A stretch of 64,000 bases of DNA from an uncultured Clostridia bacterium (GTDB lineage Bacteria; Bacillota; Clostridia; TANB77; CAG-508): contig CALXFH010000005.1 in the NCBI GenBank assembly GCA_944387555.1, positions 14,589-78,588 of the forward strand. The letters are read 5' to 3'. The notes under the pieces are model-generated. The model searched no databases and was not told the DNA's origin. It saw only the letters and a program-made list of their open reading frames with translations. Every line of letters begins with the position of its first letter. Position 1 is the first letter of the stretch. The position numbers and the translations under genes were made by a program. Below are positions 40,166 through 50,950 of this stretch, piece after piece.

Positions 40166-42781
40166 CTATTTCATTTTTTCTTTTATTTTTACTAAAGTAT
40201 TTAGTGCATCTATTGGTGTTAATTCATCTAAATTTATCTTATCTATCTCATGAGCTATTTCTGCTAATTTATAATTATACATATCAAATTGTCCTTCTAC
40301 TTGTTTTTTGTCTTTCTTTTCTTCTTTCTTTCCTGTTAATACATTTTTTCTTTCAATTGATTGTAATATTTTATTTGCCTTATTTGTTACAACTTTTGGT
40401 ACTCCTGCTAACCTTGCTACATGTATTCCATAGCTTTCGTCAGTACCACCACGTACTATTTTTCTTAAGAAGATTATATCCTCTCCTTTTTCTTTTACTG
40501 CAATTGAATAATTTTTTACTCCATCTATTTTTTCTTCTAACTCCGTTAATTCATGGTAATGTGTTGCAAATAATGTTTTTGCTCCACATTTTTCTTTATC
40601 TGCAATATATTCTGCAACTGCCCACGCAATTGATAATCCATCATATGTAGATGTTCCTCTTCCTATTTCATCTAAAATTACTAAACTATTAGGTGTTGCC
40701 TCTTTTAATATAGTTGCAACCTCCATCATTTCAACCATAAATGTACTTTGACCCATGCTTAGATCATCAGACGCTCCAACTCTTGTAAATATTTTATCTA
40801 CAACTCCAATAGTTGCTGACTCTGCCGGTACAAAGCTTCCAACCTGTGCCATTAAAGTAATTAGTGCAACCTGTCTCATATATGTAGATTTACCTGCCAT
40901 ATTAGGTCCTGTTATTATTGCAAGTCTATTTTCATCTTTATCTAAATGTGTATCATTTTCAACAAAAGCCCCTGTTCCTAATATTTTTTCAATTACTGGG
41001 TGACGTCCATTTTTTATATCTATTGTACCAAAATTATTTACATTTGGCTTACAATAGTTCATGTCTTCTGCAACAGTTGCAAATGAAGCTAAAACATCTA
41101 ATGTTGAAACTACCTCACTTGTTGTTTGAAGTCTTACAACATTTTTTGCAATTTCTTGTCTTATTTTTGTAAATGCATCATATTCTAAATTTACAACTTT
41201 TTCTTCAGCACCTAATATTTGATTTTCTAGGTTCTTTAATTCTTCTGTTATATATCTTTCTGCATTTGTTAGAGTTTGTTTTCTTATATATCTTTCTGGT
41301 ACTAAATTTAGGTTTGATTTTGTAACTTCTAGATAGTATCCAAATACTTTATTAAATCCTACTTTTAAATTCTTAATTCCAGTTTTTTCTTTTTCATCTG
41401 CTTCCAGCTTAATTAACCAATTTTTTCCTTCTGTTTGTGCTGTTTTTAATTTATCTATTTCAGGGTCATACCCAAGTTTAATAATTCCTCCATCTGTTAT
41501 AGTCATTGGTGGATCATCTACTATTGCTTTTTCTATTAAACCATATATATCTTGAAGTTCATCTAAATTTTCATAAAGTTCTTTTAATAAATCAGACTTA
41601 CATTCTGATAAACATTTTTTAACTTCTGGTAATTTAAGTAAAGAATTTTTAAGTGTAACCGTATCACGAGCATTAGCATTTCCGTATGCCATTTTTCCTG
41701 TAAGTCTTTCTATATCATAAACTTTCTTTAAATTCTCTACTACATCCCCTCTTAAGATAATATTATCTTTTAATTCTTCTACTGCATCTAGTCTTCTATT
41801 TATTTCATTAACATCTACTAATGGGTCACTTAGCCATCTTCTAAGTAATCGTCCTCCCATAGATGTTGAAGTTTTATCTAATACCCAAAGAAGTGTTCCT
41901 TTTTTAGATTTATCTCTCATTTTTTCAGTTATCTCTAGGTTTCTTCTTGCATTTATGTCTAATGCCATATATTTAGATATTTGATATACTGTTATTTTAT
42001 TTATATGGTCTAAAGAAGTTTTTTGTGTTTCTTCTATATATTCTATTAAAGCATTTATTGAGCTTACCCCTAATTTCTTATCAGAAATGTCTTCTAATTT
42101 TCTTCCATTATTGTCTACTATATTAAATCTTAAATTAATGTTATTTAGTTCAGATGTAAAAAATTTATCATTGAATTTTGTTACATACACATTTTCAAAT
42201 CTTTCTTTTATTTTATCCATTTCTTCAGTGCATTCTGCCATCATTGAATTCACAACAAGTTCTGATGGACTATATCTTGCTATTTCATCTAACAACATTG
42301 GGAAATTATAATTATCTTTTATTTCTGCTGAATAAAATTCTCCAGTTGATATATCACAGATACTTATTCCATAATAGATACCTGTTTTATAAATAGACAT
42401 TATATAGTTATTTTTTCTTTCTTCTAGCATATTGCTATCTACTACAGTTCCTGGTGTTACTACTCTTATAACTCCTCTTTTTACTATTCCTTTTGCTTTT
42501 TTAGGATCTTCTAATTGCTCACATATTGCAACTTTATACCCTTTTGCAATTAGTTTTGATATATATATTTCTGCTGCATGATGTGGAACTCCGCACATTG
42601 GAGCCCTTTCTTCTTGTCCACAGTCTTTTCCTGTTAAAGTAAGTTCTAGTTCTCTTGATGCTGTTATTGCATCATCAAAGAACATTTCATAAAAGTCTCC
42701 TAATCTATAAAATAAGATACAGTCTTGATATTCTTTTTTTGTTTCTAAATATCTTTGCATCATAGGTGAATATTCTGCCAT
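40166..42781 (-). CDS. mutS: DNA mismatch repair protein MutS
   Basis: PMM.RY, FYRLGDFYEMFF, GPNMAGKST, DEIGRGT motifs. Confidence 0.98.
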   Translation of the reverse strand: MAEYSPMMQRYLETKKEYQDCILFYRLGDFYEMFFDDAITASRELELTLTGKDCGQEERAPMCGVPHHAAEIYISKLIAKGYKVAICEQLEDPKKAKGIVKRGVIRVVTPGTVVDSNMLEERKNNYIMSIYKTGIYYGISICDISTGEFYSAEIKDNYNFPMLLDEIARYSPSELVVNSMMAECTEEMDKIKERFENVYVTKFNDKFFTSELNNINLRFNIVDNNGRKLEDISDKKLGVSSINALIEYIEETQKTSLDHINKITVYQISKYMALDINARRNLEITEKMRDKSKKGTLLWVLDKTSTSMGGRLLRRWLSDPLVDVNEINRRLDAVEELKDNIILRGDVVENLKKVYDIERLTGKMAYGNANARDTVTLKNSLLKLPEVKKCLSECKSDLLKELYENLDELQDIYGLIEKAIVDDPPMTITDGGIIKLGYDPEIDKLKTAQTEGKNWLIKLEADEKEKTGIKNLKVGFNKVFGYYLEVTKSNLNLVPERYIRKQTLTNAERYITEELKNLENQILGAEEKVVNLEYDAFTKIRQEIAKNVVRLQTTSEVVSTLDVLASFATVAEDMNYCKPNVNNFGTIDIKNGRHPVIEKILGTGAFVENDTHLDKDENRLAIITGPNMAGKSTYMRQVALITLMAQVGSFVPAESATIGVVDKIFTRVGASDDLSMGQSTFMVEMMEVATILKEATPNSLVILDEIGRGTSTYDGLSIAWAVAEYIADKEKCGAKTLFATHYHELTELEEKIDGVKNYSIAVKEKGEDIIFLRKIVRGGTDESYGIHVARLAGVPKVVTNKANKILQSIERKNVLTGKKEEKKDKKQVEGQFDMYNYKLAEIAHEIDKINLDELTPIDALNTLVKIKEKMK

Positions 42782-42824
42782 TTTTATCTTTCTTCCTTTC
42801 TTTCTTCATTCCTTGTTTCTAATA

Positions 42825-44243
42825 CTAATTTTCTATTTTTCCTTTTAAATACCACATATGTTCTGATACTATTTTTAAATCTACCATTTTTCCAATTAAA
42901 GTTTTATTTCCTTCAAAGATTACTACTTTATTACTATCTGTTCTTCCAGTAAGCATTTTAGAATTATTTTTGCTTTCTCCTTCTACTAATACCTTTTCTA
43001 TTCTTCCAACATACTTTTGATTATTTTCTTCAATTTGGCTTTCTACTAATTCTTTTAATTTATTAAATCTTTTATGTTTTATTTCTTCAGGTATTTGATT
43101 TGGCATTCTATCTCCTGGTGTTCCTACTCTTCTTGAATATATAAACATATATACTTGTTCAAATTTTACTTTTCTTACAACATCTAAAGTATCTTCAAAT
43201 TCCTCATCTGTCTCACCTGGAAATCCTACTATTATATCTGTTGATAATGTTAGGTTAGGGATCTTATTTTTCATTTTTTCTACTAAATCCAAGTACTGTT
43301 CTTTTGAATATTTTCTATTCATTTCTTTTAATACTTTAGTATTTCCTGATTGAAGCGGTAAATGAATTAATTTACAAACTTTATCACAGTCTGCAATTGC
43401 GTCTATTACATCATCTGTAAAATCTTTTGGATGTGGTGATACAAAACGTATTCTTTCTATTCCATCTATTTTATTTATTGCTCTTAAAAGTGTTGCAAAT
43501 GAATTTACTCCTTCATATTCTTCAAATGAAATATTTTTCTCTTTTTCTACTCTTAAATATGAATTTACATTTTGACCAAGTAATGTTATTTCCTTATAAC
43601 CAGATTCAGCTAAATGCTTTACTTCTTCAATAATACTTCTAGGGCTTCTACTTCTTTCTCTTCCACGTACATAAGGTACTATACAATATGTACAAAAATT
43701 ATTACAACCATTCATTATTGTAACAGAAGCTTTTATGTTGCTATCTCTTTTTATTGGCAACCCTTCATAAATTTCTCCATCTACATCTATTATATCTTCT
43801 ATTTTTCTTTTTTCTTCAATTGCTCTATATAAATCTTCTGGAAATTTATATAAAGTATGTGTTCCAAATAAGATGTCTACAAATGGATAGCTTTCCTTTA
43901 TTTTATCTGTTATATGTTTTTCTTGCATCATACATCCACCAATTGCAATAATGATACCTTTTTCTTCTTTTAGTCTTTTTAATTCTCCAAGCTTTCCAAA
44001 CAATCTATCTTCTGCATTTTCTCTTACACAACATGTATTAAATAAAGCTATATCACAATCAGAAACATTGTCTGTTCTTGTATATCCCATCTCTTCTAAC
44101 ATACCACATAATTTTTCACTATCATTTTCATTTAGCTGACAACCCATTGTTAATATATTATATTTTAAGTTTTTTCCTTCATTTATTTTCTTTAATTTTT
44201 CTATATAGTTTTCTTGCATTTTTACTTCATTTTCTGTACTCAT
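42825..44243 (-). CDS. miaB: tRNA methylthiotransferase MiaB
   Basis: GCQLN, NTCCVRENAE, CNNFCTYC radical SAM motif, C-terminal TRAM domain. Confidence 0.95.
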   Translation of the reverse strand: MSTENEVKMQENYIEKLKKINEGKNLKYNILTMGCQLNENDSEKLCGMLEEMGYTRTDNVSDCDIALFNTCCVRENAEDRLFGKLGELKRLKEEKGIIIAIGGCMMQEKHITDKIKESYPFVDILFGTHTLYKFPEDLYRAIEEKRKIEDIIDVDGEIYEGLPIKRDSNIKASVTIMNGCNNFCTYCIVPYVRGRERSRSPRSIIEEVKHLAESGYKEITLLGQNVNSYLRVEKEKNISFEEYEGVNSFATLLRAINKIDGIERIRFVSPHPKDFTDDVIDAIADCDKVCKLIHLPLQSGNTKVLKEMNRKYSKEQYLDLVEKMKNKIPNLTLSTDIIVGFPGETDEEFEDTLDVVRKVKFEQVYMFIYSRRVGTPGDRMPNQIPEEIKHKRFNKLKELVESQIEENNQKYVGRIEKVLVEGESKNNSKMLTGRTDSNKVVIFEGNKTLIGKMVDLKIVSEHMWYLKGKIEN

Positions 44244-44350
44244 TTTATACCTCCTGCTTGCATATTTTATTATATTTTTTAGAATTTTGCAAGTAAAAAC
44301 AAAAATGGAGCAGAAATAAACTTTCTACCCCAAAAATCCCTAATTTTTTA

Positions 44351-44551
44351 TTACTCAAGACCATATTTCTTTTTAAATCTGTCTGCTCTACCACCAACTG
44401 TGTCTTGTCTTAAGTTTCCTGTCCAGAATGGATGACATTTTGAACATACATCTACTTTTAAATCTTTTTTAGTTGAACCAACTTCTAAAACGTTACCACA
44501 AGCACATGTGATAGTTGTTTGATTGTATTCTGGTTGTATATCTTTTTTCAT
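44351..44551 (-). CDS. rpmE: 50S ribosomal protein L31
   Basis: [13 protein letters not shown] and CSKCHPFW motifs. Confidence 0.95.
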   Translation of the reverse strand: MKKDIQPEYNQTTITCACGNVLEVGSTKKDLKVDVCSKCHPFWTGNLRQDTVGGRADRFKKKYGLE

Positions 44552-44632
44552 TTTGTTCACCTCTCTTTAATTTAAATAACATAACTGTTTTTTATAATAA
44601 CATATTTTACAAATTTTTTCAAGTAATTTTTA

Positions 44633-44812
44633 CTAATTTGTTTGATTTTCTTCATTTACTTGATTTTCTTCTTGTTGTTCATACATATATTCTGCTGAAT
44701 ATAGCATTTCTTTATTTAATGATAATTTATGCACAAGTTTACTCATTATATTAAATACACATGCTATTATTAATATTAACATTCCTATTTTTTTCCAATA
44801 TTTAGCAAGCAT
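44633..44812 (-). CDS. 59-aa single-TM small protein
   Basis: MLAKYWKKIGMLILIIACVFNIMSKL...; AAGGAG RBS; below the ORF-track cutoff. Confidence 0.6.
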   Translation of the reverse strand: MLAKYWKKIGMLILIIACVFNIMSKLVHKLSLNKEMLYSAEYMYEQQEENQVNEENQTN

Positions 44813-45043
44813 AATTACTTCTCCTTAAAAATTACTACATATTAATTATACTTTTATTTTACTAAAAAGTCAATTATTTTAGAAAAAAATCCCTTAAAAT
44901 CAATTAAAAACTTAAATTATTACTACTTATCTTTACCTTAAGTTACCATTTAATAATAATTTACTCTTTTCATTTAATTTATCTTTTAAATGTTAATTTT
45001 TTAAATTAAAAATGAATTTTTTGGATTAATAATATATTTTGTT

Positions 45044-45823
45044 TTGGTTAAAATAAAAATGGTGATAAAAATGAAAAAAAATAAATCTTGGATTTTATTA
45101 ATAGTTATTTTATCTGTATTATTTGGTGTTGGAGTATATTTTTATGTGACAACAAATAACAATAATAATCAATCAAATTATGAAGCAGATAGGACTTCTA
45201 CTGCTGATAATAATCAAGACAATAATAACGCCACACAAGAACAAAACAATTCTACAGAAAATGAAATAACAGAAGAACAAAAACAGCAAGAAGAAGAAAA
45301 TAAGCAAAAAGAAGCTAAAGCTCAGCAACAACAAGAGCAACAAAAACAACCACAATATAAAGAAGAACAAATCTCAACATTTTCAACTAAGATATATTCT
45401 AAAGACTCAGCAAGACAAAATAATATTAAAATTACTTGTAATACATTAAATAATACAACAGTTAAAAATGGAGCTACTTTTTCTTTTTGTAATACTGTAG
45501 GGAAAGCAACTTCAGCAAAAGGATATCAAGAAGCGGATGTTTACGATCACGATGGTAATAAAACAAAAGGCCTTGGTGGTGGAAATTGCCAAGTAAGTAG
45601 TACACTCTATAATGCTGTTTTAGCAGTTCCTTCTTTAAATGTTACAGAAAGACATGAACATAGTAATGATGTGCCATATGTTAAAGATGGTAAAGATGCT
45701 GCTGTTGCTTATGGTAGTTATGATTTTAAATTTGTAAATAACACTGGAAATGATATAAAAATTAAAGCTTCTACAGATGGTGCAAGTGTTACAATTAGTA
45801 TCAATTCACTAAAACCTATTTAA
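45044..45823 (+). CDS. VanW-family protein
   Basis: GGGNCQVSSTLYNA, HEHS, DAAVAYG..DFKF.N motifs. Confidence 0.85.
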   Translation: MVKIKMVIKMKKNKSWILLIVILSVLFGVGVYFYVTTNNNNNQSNYEADRTSTADNNQDNNNATQEQNNSTENEITEEQKQQEEENKQKEAKAQQQQEQQKQPQYKEEQISTFSTKIYSKDSARQNNIKITCNTLNNTTVKNGATFSFCNTVGKATSAKGYQEADVYDHDGNKTKGLGGGNCQVSSTLYNAVLAVPSLNVTERHEHSNDVPYVKDGKDAAVAYGSYDFKFVNNTGNDIKIKASTDGASVTISINSLKPI

Positions 45824-45893
45824 TCTATTCCCCTCTTTTTGAATATTTAAAATATTATTTGCATATATTTTAATATCAATTGGAGGGATTTTT

Positions 45894-47270
45894 ATGCGAA
45901 TTTTCAAATTATGTATTAGCCTTTTTCTTGTTTTTACTTTTTGTTTTTCTTATCTTATAATTCCTTGCTTTGCAAGTGAATTAGGTTATATTTGGTCTGA
46001 CTCTCTTGAGACTTCTACAAATATTGTAAATAATACTTCTAATAGCAGCAACAACACAAGTAATATTCAAAATGTAAATAATAATACAAATTCAAGTAGT
46101 GAAACAAGCGCTTCCACTAATAATATAACAAATAACACAACTAGTAATGAAACAGCAGTAGAAGAAGAAACAAATTCAGAAGTTGCTGATGATAACTTTT
46201 TAGGATTAGATTGTGGTTCTGCAATTTTAATTGAACAAACTACAGGGAAAATTTTATATGCCTATAATATCCATGAACAATTGCATCCTGCTTCTGTTAC
46301 TAAAGTTATGAGTATTCTTCTTATTATGGAAGCAATAGATAGTGGTAAAATTAGTTTAACTGATGAAGTACCATGTAGTGAAAATGCTGCTTCAATGGGT
46401 GGTTCTCAAATATGGCTAGACCCTAGAGAAACTTTAACAGTAGATGAAATGTTAAAAGCAATATGTGTAAATTCTGCTAATGACTGTGTTGTAGCTATGG
46501 CCGAGTACATAGCAGGAAGTGAAGAAGCTTTTGTTCAAATGATGAACGATAAAGCAAAAGAACTTGGTATGAATGATACTAATTTTATGAATTGTCATGG
46601 TTTAGATGAAGAAGAACATGTAACTTCCGCCTATGATATTGCATTAATGTCAAGAGAGCTTTTAAATAATCATCCTGATGTTACAAAGTATACAACAATT
46701 TGGATGGATACTTTAAGAGATGGAAAATCTCAACTTTCTAATACAAATAAACTAATTAAAAATTACAAAGGTGCAACTGGTTTAAAAACGGGCTCAACTT
46801 CTCTTGCTTTGTATAACTTATCAGCAAGTGCTACTCGTGATAATTTATCTTTAATTGCTGTTATTATGAAAGCTCCTACTAGCAAAATAAGATTTGAAGA
46901 TGCAACTAAACTTTTAGATTATGGATTTAACACTTTTTCTTATAAAGAATTTGGTAAAAAAGATGATGTAATAAAAAACATTTCTGTAAATAAAGGAACT
47001 GCAGATCAAGTTGAAGCGGTTTTAAGTGAAAATTGTGGCACATTACTTCAAAAAGGTTCTGATAAAAATGTAGAACAAACTATTTCTTTAGAAGACACAA
47101 TATCTGCACCTGTACAAAAGGGTCAAAAACTTGGTGAAATTTCATTTACTCTTGATGGTGAAGTTTTATCTACTGTTGACATTGTTGCAAAAGATGATGT
47201 AGAAAAAATTGGCTTATTTTCAATAATCAAAAAAGTTTACTACTCTTGGGTTGATTTGTTAAGAAGCTAA
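45894..47270 (+). CDS. dacF: D-alanyl-D-alanine carboxypeptidase (DacF-like)
   Basis: PASVTK, SAND and KTG motifs; SMGGSQIWL typical of DacF. Confidence 0.8.
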   Translation: MRIFKLCISLFLVFTFCFSYLIIPCFASELGYIWSDSLETSTNIVNNTSNSSNNTSNIQNVNNNTNSSSETSASTNNITNNTTSNETAVEEETNSEVADDNFLGLDCGSAILIEQTTGKILYAYNIHEQLHPASVTKVMSILLIMEAIDSGKISLTDEVPCSENAASMGGSQIWLDPRETLTVDEMLKAICVNSANDCVVAMAEYIAGSEEAFVQMMNDKAKELGMNDTNFMNCHGLDEEEHVTSAYDIALMSRELLNNHPDVTKYTTIWMDTLRDGKSQLSNTNKLIKNYKGATGLKTGSTSLALYNLSASATRDNLSLIAVIMKAPTSKIRFEDATKLLDYGFNTFSYKEFGKKDDVIKNISVNKGTADQVEAVLSENCGTLLQKGSDKNVEQTISLEDTISAPVQKGQKLGEISFTLDGEVLSTVDIVAKDDVEKIGLFSIIKKVYYSWVDLLRS

Positions 47271-47280
47271 TTGAAACAAA

Positions 47281-47340
47281 TGGAGACGGGTCCTTTTGTA
47301 TCACATTTGCAAAATGATACAAAAAAGGCCTGTCCCCAAA
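47281..47340. repeat. GGAGACGGG...CCTGTCCCC palindromic intergenic repeat (REP-like)
   Basis: Imperfect IR enclosing ttttgtatca...tgatacaaaa between convergent genes. Confidence 0.55.
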
Positions 47341-47344
47341 ATTA

Positions 47345-47962
47345 TTATTCATCTTCTAAAGTTTCATCATATTCAAATTCATAATCTGTGTCATCTTCTA
47401 CTTTGGTTTTTTCTTGTCTATCTTCTGTTATTTTCTTTGTACTTTCATCTATTTTTCTTTCTATTTCTTTTTTATCATCTTGTTGTTTCTTCATATTTTT
47501 GTCATGCTTTTTTTGCATATCTTTTAGTATCTGTGTTGTTTGCTCTTTTTTATTTTGAATACATTTGTTCATTATGTTGTTTGTTTTCTCAATTAAATCT
47601 GGCACATAATCTAATAATTTATCTAATGAAGAACTATGTGTTACTGGCATTAATTTCACATTATTAGGTTGTATTACTAAAAACGCTATTGGATTTATTG
47701 TAACCCCTGCTCCACTTCCTCCTCCAAATGGTAATCTATATTGTATTTCTTCTTCTTTTTCTTTTTTAGTGTATTCATTTATAGTTTCTCCACTAAATTC
47801 ACTTCCTCCTGCTGCAAATCCAAATGAAACTTTTGATATTGGTATTATTACAATATTGTTAGAAGTTTCAATTGGTTCACCTATTATTGTGTTTACATCT
47901 ACCATATCTTGAATACTATTCATAGCTGTAAGCATAAGACCTTCTATTGGATGTTCGCTCAT
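47345..47962 (-). CDS. ytfJ: GerW/YtfJ sporulation protein
   Basis: HPIEGLM, IIPISKVSFGFAAGGSEF and PFGGGSGAGV motifs. Confidence 0.9.
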   Translation of the reverse strand: MSEHPIEGLMLTAMNSIQDMVDVNTIIGEPIETSNNIVIIPISKVSFGFAAGGSEFSGETINEYTKKEKEEEIQYRLPFGGGSGAGVTINPIAFLVIQPNNVKLMPVTHSSSLDKLLDYVPDLIEKTNNIMNKCIQNKKEQTTQILKDMQKKHDKNMKKQQDDKKEIERKIDESTKKITEDRQEKTKVEDDTDYEFEYDETLEDE

Positions 47963-48599
47963 TTTTATCCTCTCCTTTTCTCTTTCCTTTTTTCTTATTT
48001 AAGATATATATTATATTTATAATATGTATCATTTTTATCTCAAATATACCTGAAAATTCAATATTAACCAAGTTTTGATTTATAAATAATGGTTTTATAT
48101 TAAAGCTTTGGTTTTTATATTCCTTTACTTTTAATCTTATAACAAATGATATTAATGTACTAACTATTGGAACTAATATCGCTGTTAAACTAGCATTTTC
48201 TGTTCCAAATTCTATATTTATTTTAAGTCTTTTTATGTCAACTTTATTTTCTTTTATTATTTTAGGTAAATTTTCTGGATTTAATTTCTTCTCAATTTCT
48301 TTTACTCCTACATTTTTAAACATACCTTTATTTTTTAATCTAGTTATTTTCTCCTTTGTTAATGGTATTTTTACTATTGGTATTTTACTTAAGATACATA
48401 ACTTAAAAACTAATTTATAATTTGTTTTCTTCTTTTTTGGCATTTTTGATATAAATTTAAATTCTACTACATCCACTCTTATTTTTGAAGTGACTAACAA
48501 AATTATTAAAGTTAAAATAATAAAAAGAAAAACCAATATATTTCCCCTCCTTTTTAGAGGATTTATATTAGTTTTTCCAAAAATTTCTTTTTTAAACAT
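47916..48599 (-). CDS. YtfI-like (DUF2953) protein
   Basis: Position before ytfJ, N-terminal TM, G..NA..TA motif. Confidence 0.65.
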   Translation of the reverse strand: MFKKEIFGKTNINPLKRRGNILVFLFIILTLIILLVTSKIRVDVVEFKFISKMPKKKKTNYKLVFKLCILSKIPIVKIPLTKEKITRLKNKGMFKNVGVKEIEKKLNPENLPKIIKENKVDIKRLKINIEFGTENASLTAILVPIVSTLISFVIRLKVKEYKNQSFNIKPLFINQNLVNIEFSGIFEIKMIHIINIIYILNKKKGKRKGEDKNERTSNRRSYAYSYE

Positions 48600-48610
48600 A
48601 TTTTATTAAA

Positions 48611-49375
48611 TTATTTATCATTCGCTACTTTCTTTTTTGCTTTTTTAACAAGAATATCTCCAAACAATTCTTCTTGGTCCGTTTCTACTTTACTTCTTCT
48701 TGATAATTCTAATAAACCAGAAAAAGCTGTTACAACTTCTTGTTTATTATGTTTTTTTATTGAAAATAATTTATTAAATATAAAAGATTTTTGTTTTACT
48801 AAAACCTTAAACATCTGTCTTACTTTACTTGCTACTGTATAATTATCCGTTATTGCTATTTTTTCAATATTTTTAGCATTTTGATTTATTTTTTGTTCAT
48901 TTTTTTCTATTACATCTTTGTAAATATCTGGTATTACGCTTTTATCGTAATCTTTTTCTATTTTCTGTTTTGGAAGTTCTATTTCTTCTGGCAACTTAAA
49001 ATATCTATTTGAATATTCTAAATAGTTTTGTTTAAATACCTTGCTTATTTCTTTAAACTTTTTATATTCTATAATTCTTCTAATTAGTTCTTCTTCTGTT
49101 ATTTCTTCTTCCTCTTCTTCTTGTTTTGGAAGTAAATTTTTAGATTTTAAATATAATAATGTAGATGCCATAACTAAGAACTCACTTGCTATTTCTAAGT
49201 TCATTTTTTCTTGTTCTTTTAAATAGTCTATATATTGGTCTGTTATTTCACTTAAATTTATATCATAAATATTCATTTTATTTTTATCTATTAAGTGACA
49301 TAATAAATCAAGTGGACCTTCAAAATTATCTATTTTAATTGCATATTTTTTCGTTTCTAATGTTAGTACTGCCAT
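48611..49375 (-). CDS. scpA: Segregation and condensation protein A
   Basis: FEGPLDLL.HLI and ASEFLVMASTLL..KS..LLP motifs. Confidence 0.93.
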   Translation of the reverse strand: MAVLTLETKKYAIKIDNFEGPLDLLCHLIDKNKMNIYDINLSEITDQYIDYLKEQEKMNLEIASEFLVMASTLLYLKSKNLLPKQEEEEEEITEEELIRRIIEYKKFKEISKVFKQNYLEYSNRYFKLPEEIELPKQKIEKDYDKSVIPDIYKDVIEKNEQKINQNAKNIEKIAITDNYTVASKVRQMFKVLVKQKSFIFNKLFSIKKHNKQEVVTAFSGLLELSRRSKVETDQEELFGDILVKKAKKKVANDK

Positions 49376-49378
49376 TAT

Positions 49379-49822
49379 TTATTCCTCCATTGCTTTATTT
49401 ATATTTTCTAGTTTATATCCCTTTTTTAATAAGAATTGTTTAATCTCGTCTTTTTCCATAGAAGTAGATTTTTTATAAATTAAATTCTCCGCTGATTTTG
49501 TTTCATATTCTTCTAATTCTTCTTTATTTTCGTAAATATAATCTTCTACATTATTTTTGCTTAATCCTTTTGCTAGAAGCTTATATTTCATTTCTCTTAT
49601 TGATAAATTTTTAAGCGCAATAAAATTATTTACAGTTTTTCTTATATATTCTTTATCATCAATATAACCTGCTTCTTTTAAATATTCTATTATATCATCT
49701 AACATATTTTCTTCTATAGTTTTTCCAAATTTAGTTCTTACTTCATTTTCTGTTCTTTTCTTATATAATATATATCTTAATACTTTTGTTTTTTCTCTAT
49801 CAAATTCTTCTACTGTATACAT
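49379..49822 (-). CDS. recX: RecX-family regulator
   Basis: RTE.EV..K, YL.E.GYIDD, L..KG motifs. Confidence 0.75.
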   Translation of the reverse strand: MYTVEEFDREKTKVLRYILYKKRTENEVRTKFGKTIEENMLDDIIEYLKEAGYIDDKEYIRKTVNNFIALKNLSIREMKYKLLAKGLSKNNVEDYIYENKEELEEYETKSAENLIYKKSTSMEKDEIKQFLLKKGYKLENINKAMEE

Positions 49823-50047
49823 ATTTCCTTCTTTCTATATTTTATAAATATTTTTTATTATTTTACTATAACTTAATTAAAATATCAAGAAAGTGAAAAA
49901 TAAAAAGAGTAAAAAATAGAAAAATAAAAGATAAAAAAACAAATTAAAAAATTTAAAATTTTTTCAAAAAAACTATTACATGAAACAAAAAAACATGTTA
50001 CAATAAATAGTGGCGAATAAATAAACTATAGAGTTTATTAGTAAAAA

Positions 50048-50566
50048 ATGAAAGGAGGAATTTTTATGCCAACAAACAAAAAAGAAGGTATCGTATTTGG
50101 TATTTGCATGTGTGTAATTATGGTATTTTTTATGGGATTATTAAATATTTCTATTCACTTAGGAGGATTTAACCTAAATTCTATAAAAACAGCTGTAGTT
50201 GCTTTTCCAGTAACATTAATTATTGCATATATTTTAGAAACATTTATTATTGGAAAACTTAATCATATGTTACTTGGAAAATTTGTTAAAGAAACTGATA
50301 GTAAAAATGCATACATATTATTTAACTGTTTCTTTATTGTTACAATGATGTCTTTAGTTATGACTATAGTTGGTGGACTTCTTGGTGGAGATAATTTACA
50401 AACAATATTTACAGAATTCTTTATTAGATGGCCTAGAAACTTCTGTGCTGCATTTTTCTTAAACATCTTAGTTGCAGGACCTATTAGCAGATTTGTTCTT
50501 AGACTTATGCAAAACCATTCTCAAGAAGTACCAGCTACAGAAACTGTTAACGAAGAAGAAATATAA
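50048..50566 (+). CDS. DUF2798-like membrane protein
   Basis: MP.NKKE...F and W.RNF..A motifs. Confidence 0.65.
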   Translation: MKGGIFMPTNKKEGIVFGICMCVIMVFFMGLLNISIHLGGFNLNSIKTAVVAFPVTLIIAYILETFIIGKLNHMLLGKFVKETDSKNAYILFNCFFIVTMMSLVMTIVGGLLGGDNLQTIFTEFFIRWPRNFCAAFFLNILVAGPISRFVLRLMQNHSQEVPATETVNEEEI

Positions 50567-50628
50567 ACAAAAATACACTTATATCATTTTAATAAGTGTA
50601 TTTTTCTTTTATTTATATTGCATCCTCA

Positions 50629-50922
50629 TTAAAAATTTTGTAAACTTTCCATTTCACTTCTAACTAGTGACATTGAAATAGTAATTATTACCAATTTTTC
50701 ATTTTCATTGCATTTAATGTCTTCTAACTGTGAACTTTCTGGTATTTCTATTCCTTCTTTTTCTCTATTATATAAAGTTAATTCTAATACTTCCTTTGCG
50801 TTTTTTAAAGCTTCTTTCTCTGTTTCAGCACACGAAAAAGCTTCTTCTATATCCGGAAATCTAATATTAATTCCATCTTTATCATATTGGAAGATAGCAA
50901 CAAAAGTATATGTATCTTTCAT
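50629..50922 (-). CDS. hicB: HicB-family antitoxin (no adjacent hicA)
   Basis: I.FPD...A.SCA.T..EA..NA.E.L...IPE motif. Confidence 0.8.
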   Translation of the reverse strand: MKDTYTFVAIFQYDKDGINIRFPDIEEAFSCAETEKEALKNAKEVLELTLYNREKEGIEIPESSQLEDIKCNENEKLVIITISMSLVRSEMESLQNF

Positions 50923-50950
50923 GAAAATTTTCCTCCTTATTACTGTAACT

